A stretch of DNA of 60,329 bases, filler included, from Platydemus manokwari (lineage: Eukaryota), in assembly GCA_037951405.1 (NCBI GenBank). It is 6 parts of 6 records of this genome, joined end to end, with 100 filler letters (N's around TTAATTAATTAA, not from the genome) between each part and the next. Parts side by side here need not be neighbours in the genome. Positions count along the whole stretch, not along the records: positions 51,439 to 60,329 come from JBBMOY011333651.1; 5 more parts are not named here. One strand, given 5' to 3'. Shown piece after piece: positions 54,501 through 60,329 of the stretch. The first letter of the stretch is position 1. The number at the start of each line of letters is the position of its first letter. The position numbers and the translations under genes are program-made. A model generated the notes under the pieces. The model was not told where the DNA came from, made no database searches, and was given only the letters and a program-made list of their open reading frames with translations.

Positions 54501-54963
54501 TGGTCAGTAAGCCTTGTAAATGTCATAGTTCTTCATGTGATGATTGTGACAGTTTGTTATTATAGGTAATTTCTGTCATTGTTCATATTTTTGGGTGCTG
54601 ATCACATTATGATTTGACATCTAACTTTTGGAACTCTTTGCTTTTCTGAGCAACTTTGAATTATGATATATATATTCAGAAATAAATGTGTTTTGGTATA
54701 TAGTACATTTCTGAGAATATTAGCTGTTTTATTTTGAGCTTAATCAAAGATTTTAAATTTTTAATCAGATTTTGAAAGTCAATGTAATGTTATTGATATT
54801 ATATAATATTTTAAATTTAATTTCATTCTAAATTACAATCTAATTGTTTTAGTGCATTAGTTAAGTTATTCTAATATGATTTCATAGTTAAATAATTTAT
54901 CTTATTCACAAATTGCATTTTATTACACGAGGGTTTAATAAGGTTATGATTATTAAGTAACTC

Positions 54964-55566
54964 ATGGATGGTGAACAGTATTTTCTAGGCCGTAAATTAT
55001 CGTTAGTTCTTTAGTTATTTAAAAATTATTCTCTGTAAACCTTTACTGCGATTAGCTTTTGTATTGTATTTTAAAATTTAGATCACAGAGTCTTAATTTG
55101 TATGATACACTTCAAATATCCAAAGCAGCAACGACAACTGAAATCAGAAAGGCCTATCATAAGGTCGAGTTTAAAATAAAATTTCCATTTTCATTTTACA
55201 AATTATTTCGTTTTTGCAGTTAGCTCTTCAATATCATCCAGATAAAAATATCGGCGATAGTAATACCAGGGAAATGGTGAATTAATTTTTGAAATATTTT
55301 TGTTAAAATTTTTGTTAATTTTTAACTTACGATAATTTTTGATTCAAATCATTCTTAACTAGCTTAAAAACTTATTTAATCAATTGATAATAATATACAT
55401 TGTTCTGTTTAAGTTTCAAGCAATCAATTATGCATACAGCGTATTAACAGATTCACAGAAGCGTAGATTTTATGATCAATATGGATCAATTGGTCTCGGT
55501 TTATTGAATCATGTTGGAGAAAAGCGAGCCAAATTTATTTTGAAAATGAAAAATCCTTTCATAAGA
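54964..55566 (+). CDS. DnaJ/Hsp40 J-domain protein, DNAJC5 (cysteine string protein)-like; exons 54964-54977, 55082-55163, 55220-55276, 55414-55566; 3' end not found
   Basis: Spliced [42 protein letters not shown]...FQAINYAYSVLTDSQKRRFYDQYGSIGLGLLNHVGE, with an HPD motif and a CSP-like YDxYGSxGL..GE linker; all introns GT-AG and in phase. Exon 1 is the least certain. Confidence 0.88.
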
Positions 55567-55867
55567 GTATGTTTGGTGTTCGAATTAATTTGTCTCATTT
55601 TATTATAAATTATCCATAAATATCGTTGGATTCTTATTCTATTATATATAATTAATGGTTATTTTTCGTTAAACAATATTGTCAGAGAACTTCGACTTTT
55701 ATTTGAATCGTTGAAATTATACATGGCAACCAAAGATTGAACTTAAAAACAAAAATTTAATCTCAAATACATCAATATCGATGTGAGAATTTTTAAATAA
55801 TTAAAATTTTTAAGGATTTAATAAATATAATCATATTTTATATAAAATTTTATTTATTTGTTTAAAT

Positions 55868-56128
55868 CAGTGGTTTTCAACCAGTGTTCCGCCAGTGCAC
55901 TCCAGGGGTTCCGCAATTTCTAAATTAGAACAACGAACAAATAAACAACGTGTTAAATTCAATATTATTATTTCATTATTATTTGTATTATTATTTGTAT
56001 TATTAGTTATTGTTTAAATATACTAAATTTAACATAATTAAACTCGCTACATTATTGCACAGGGGTTTCTCAAGCCAGAGGAATGTTTGTGTGGGGTTCC
56101 TCACCAGCAAAAAGGTTGAAAATCATTG
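55868..56128. mobile_element. hAT (Charlie-like) MITE, 261 bp
   Basis: TIRs CAGTGGTTTTCAACC and GGTTGAAAATCATTG; imperfect 8-bp TSD GTTTAAAT/GTTTAGAG; sub-terminal GGGGTTCC motifs. Confidence 0.85.
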
Positions 56129-57516
56129 GTTTAGAGTATATATAATACATTTTAGATGAAAAATTATACTTTCTTTAAAAGCATGCTGCCTACTATTAAT
56201 ATAATGAATATTAGTGCTTGATATTTTATCATTTTAACCGCAAATTATTGCTGGAAAAACTCTTCGGCCGTTAGATTCATTTTAGTTTATACAAGAAATG
56301 AAAGTTTCGTAATGGCAGGTACAATTTTAACAAACAACTAAAAATAACGATAAAAATAATTCATTAATAAATATAATTTAATTATACTACACCGATGAGG
56401 TTTTGGCAACATCATGTCACAGAATCATTTCCAATTACTTGATCTCAATTTACTGTTTGGGATATTCTAATATTATTGTGATATTATTATATCATAGAGA
56501 TGGTAAATCATTTGTTTTTCATAACAATTAAATAAATGTCGATTTACCAATCCGATTAACAATTACACTTGAATATTAATAGCTTTATTTGAAAATCCTT
56601 TAATTACTACAATTCATAAATTGAAATGAAATTTTAATTCTTTCCCAAAGCCATGCTTCTGTAAATATTGATTTATCGGTAACTTTAGCGTCATTTTTTT
56701 CAGTTATTTCATAAGTGGTTTTTATTTTAGACTTTGATAGTTATCAAATACAGTTTATTTTTTATATTTTAGCTTTTTTATTTTTTACAATGGATTTGAT
56801 CGAAATAAGAAAAAATAATCTTTATTGCGCTCTCCATTTGTAGCCATAAATTTGATTATTAGTAAACAATAAACCGGCAACATATTAGAAATGAATCAGA
56901 TGCGTTATAATCGAACAACAAATACAAGTGACATTAACAATTTCATATTTATATTTTCATTCTGGTCTCTTATATTGGGCCTATTTCTCCTTTTATATTA
57001 TTATATAATAGAATTAGTTAAATCAAATTAATGACGTGCTTTCATTTTATGGTTAGAGAATTCAAGTAGAATTATTTGATGATATAAATTTGAATAGATA
57101 GTTTTATTATTGTTATCATATATTAGACATTTTTCTTTCATAATTTTTCATTAATTTGATTTTTTATTTTTTTTGTTTTGCTTGATTATGATAATTTCTA
57201 GATATTCTTAAGGAATATAAAAATATTTAGGAAAATGTTATAATGATTGTTTTATTAGTCTCAGTGTATTATTATCATTTGTGTTGATAATTGAAATTGA
57301 AATTGAAAAATGGATAAGGGTGAATTATTTTTTATTTCACCTATTATAATGATGAAAATAATTTTCTACGGATTTTTTATGATCTACTTTGTTTATCGTC
57401 GGATATTTGAAAAATTATTATAAAACTATAAATCAATTTAAGACACAATCCATATTGTCATGGCCATTAGAAACAAATCGTCAATTGAGTGAAATTAGTA
57501 CTTTAATGATTATAAT

Positions 57517-57634
57517 AATAGATGATGTATGGTCTGGGAAGATATCTCTCTAGGTGACTCCAGTATAAATATTAAAATAGTTGATGTATGGTCTCGGAAG
57601 ATATCTCTCTCTATGTGACTTTAGGATAAAATTA
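57517..57634. repeat. Two-copy tandem duplication of about 60 bp
   Basis: TGATGTATGGTCT(G/C)GGAAGATATCTCTCT...GTGACT occurs twice. Confidence 0.85.
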
Positions 57635-58326
57635 GTTACCCGTTGCTTCGTTTGATCATATTTCTAAAAATCCAAGTTTTAATATCTAAGATCAATGAAT
57701 GTTTTGTCGTAGTCATTGTGTTTCGATTTACAAAACAATTTTGTATATAATCTATAGCTGACATGTATAAATATAATCGACTGATTCATTGTTGTGTTTG
57801 CGTTTGCAAAAGCTTTATAAAGAGTCAAATCATATTTTTCCCCTAGTAATTCTGTTCGAATTATTTTGAATATTTCTATAAATAAATAAATAATATTATT
57901 GGAAAATTAACTGTTTTCATTATTCAACAAGAATTGAAACCATTTCTTTGTTTTTCTAAACCAATATTGAACCTGAAATTCCATCATAGTTTAATTATCA
58001 AAATAAAATATTATTATTAAAATAAAATATTGTGTGCGTTACTGAACGGAATAAGGCCATGTTTTTAATGTTTCTCCTCAATGGGTCTAAATATGTATTC
58101 TTTCGATTGATTGGATTTAATTTTCATCGAAATAAATCGATTTATTTTTCATTTATTTTCGTTTTATAAAATTCAACCTTTATTTTATGGCAAATAATGA
58201 TATTTCATTGAAAGTTTCTATTTTTATGTAATTTAAAGATTATTTCTGTTTTGGTCATTGGTGATTGGTTTTAAATTAAATAATTAAATTATCTCAATCT
58301 AATTACCATATTTTTTTTGTTCACAG

Positions 58327-58592
58327 CTGATAATGTTAGAAAGCATAGACGACATCTACGAAACCAAGATTTCAGTGTGTTCAATATACCAGAAACTGGG
58401 AAATATCCACGATTGTCACCCCAATTGAAGGTTGCAGCATTGCGCCATTTGGCATCAAGTCTGATCTAGAAGATGATATTGATAAAGATTAATCATATTT
58501 GCAGATGTCAAATATTTCAATGAAGAATTTATTACCATTCATGTGCTACAGAGTTTATTGAATGCTAATATTGTTGTTGAACATAAGCTCAA
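58327..58592 (+). CDS. Two internal exons (58327-58458, 58505-58592) of a CNNM/cyclin M metal transporter
   Basis: Spliced over a 46-nt intron: DNVRKHRRHLRNQDFSVF...RLSPQLKVAALRHLASNVKYFNEEFITIHVLQSLLNANIVVEHK matches the CNNM post-CBS segment DNR...QDFSAF...[20 protein letters not shown]...ILLRLL..NVIQELK. Absent from the ORF track. Confidence 0.85.
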
Positions 58593-60191
58593 GTAGGATT
58601 TTCAGATTTTCTTTCATAATTTTTTTTTGCAATAACGATTGTCACATTTATTCGAAAATGATTCTTGTGGATTTTTAATAATTTCGGAATTGATAATTAT
58701 TTGTTGAAAGCTATACCATATTAGTCAAAATAAAACCCCCATGTCTGTCTCCAAAAATATCAATAATTAACGAAAATTACTTTTTTTTTGTTTATATTTA
58801 TAGTTTTTCAAGAAATTGCTTGTCGTCTTATAATCGGAATCTTGAAATAAAAGATATTTTGTGTCGACTTTTTCCGGTAAATATTTGCACTCATCATATC
58901 GCCTGTTAATATCGGAATAATAATTCGTGTTTTGTGTACATTTGAGACATTAAATAAGTAAATGATAGATAAAAAAATACTATGGCGATTTCCTCGTTAT
59001 ATTTATCTTGAGAATCAGACATATCCAACTGGGTCAGAGATATAATAGGAAATTAATCGTTGATATAAACTCGGAGAATTTTCTAAAAATAAAGTAATTA
59101 ATTTGTTTTAAAGCAACTTGTGCTACTCTTATTGCCATTTCCATAATAAAACAAACAACAATTTAGTCGCAATGGACTTTAATTTTATTATGTTAAAACA
59201 AATAGCATTAAGTAATAAAATTAAAAAAAGAATTTGAATGTACATTATATTCGTTTATGTAGTAGATATGGTCGATAAAAACACTATGATTTTAACGGTT
59301 ATAATTAAGGATTGGTTTTCAAATGACTTTGAAATGATAAAATAATGACAAATATAGAATATTTCTGTTAGATATATTCAGATAATATTTAATGGATAAA
59401 AAGATTCGTGTTTATTTATCATTGCTGTTTGTCTAAATAAATTTCGAATAAATATTCGATTGGGAGACATTGAAATTGTTTGTTTTAATTTTTATAAAAA
59501 AAATATTTCGGCAGACATAACGGTTTTTGTAAACCCGCTTTAGAAATGGATCATTTTTGGAAAAATAATTTTTAATTATCGATTAAATATTGTAGAAGAA
59601 AAATAAACCAGAACAAATAAAAATGAAAAACTTTGTTGTTTTTGTTACGTGTATGTTGGTTTGATTGGTAAAATAATAAAACCGATAAACGAATTATTCA
59701 CAACATAAACAACATAATTGATAATTTTTTATTATCATTGCAATATTAGGTCCATATTTCAGCACACAATATTTATGGTTTTTTCTATCGAATTAGTACA
59801 TTTGTTTTCTTTTCTTGAGATGTGCTTTTCGCTATTGTATGAATTATTTATCAGGAACCATTATCGATATATATATATATATCAATCCAAGGATATCACA
59901 TAAAATATTGATGGATGAAATTATTAAAAATTTAAGACAAACAAAATCATTTCATCTTCTAATTGTCTCGTTTACATAGTGATATCCATCAATTTAAAAT
60001 TGTATTTAATTAGAAAGATGATTTATTATCGCAAATGATTCTCACAGTATCACTTGCCTTGATTTAAGCTATCTATTAGCAATATTTTGACATTAATTAC
60101 TTCAATTCTTATTTGTGCTCAAATCACTATTATTGTTTGTTATATCTATACTAATTAATGCAAATATTTCGTAAACATTACTATTTAGTGT

Positions 60192-60288
60192 AAGATTATT
60201 ATGATTATGATTATGATTTAAGATTATGATTATGATTATGATTATGATTATGATTATGATTTAAGATTATGATTATGATTATTATTAT
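60192..60288. repeat. (GATTAT)n microsatellite with periodic GATTTAA interruptions
   Basis: Directly visible. Confidence 0.9.
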
Positions 60289-60329
60289 TGAATGAGCTTT
60301 CAGTTTTGCATACAAAATAACATTTGATT

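Noticed and set aside
57517-57634. Two-repeat mini-CRISPR or snoRNA pair (TGATG motif)
   Set aside because: The whole unit is duplicated with no unique spacer and no proper C/D box pair; an ordinary tandem duplication.
1-60329. rRNA, tRNA, prokaryotic operons or defence systems
   Set aside because: None recognisable; gene structures are spliceosomal and most short track ORFs are AT-rich noise or transposon debris.

Overview
Very AT-rich eukaryotic (metazoan) genomic DNA, not prokaryotic: no operons, rRNA, tRNA or CRISPR were seen. The window is six contigs (1-13158, 13259-22484, 22585-31743, 31844-40636, 40737-51338, 51439-60329) joined by an identical artificial 100-bp spacer (N44-TTAATTAATTAA-N44), so adjacency across spacers is not evidence of linkage. 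Short 44-60 nt introns, a lophotrochozoan-type glutamate-gated chloride channel and a cecropia-type mariner suggest a free-living flatworm (planarian); this is inference. Host genes reconstructed by hand: (1) a single-exon neuropeptide precursor ending in MRY-G, resembling NKY/RYamide peptides; (2) a two-exon secreted PAN/apple-like protein; (3) a three-exon RhoA paralogue with an altered P-loop, no CAAX box and a GC-AG intron; (4) an intronless Cys-loop anion channel; (5) a DNAJC5/cysteine-string-protein-like J-domain gene whose cysteine-string exon was not found; (6) two internal CNNM exons; (7) two sets of orphan spliced exons. The rest is mostly decayed transposons (BEL/Pao, Ty3/Gypsy, mariner, pogo/Tigger, hAT and a hAT MITE, a solo-LTR family, a convergent pair of non-autonomous Helitrons) and microsatellites. 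I found no multi-gene novel system. The best leads are the atypical Rho and the neuropeptide precursor. All homology calls come from recognising motifs by eye; no database search was run.
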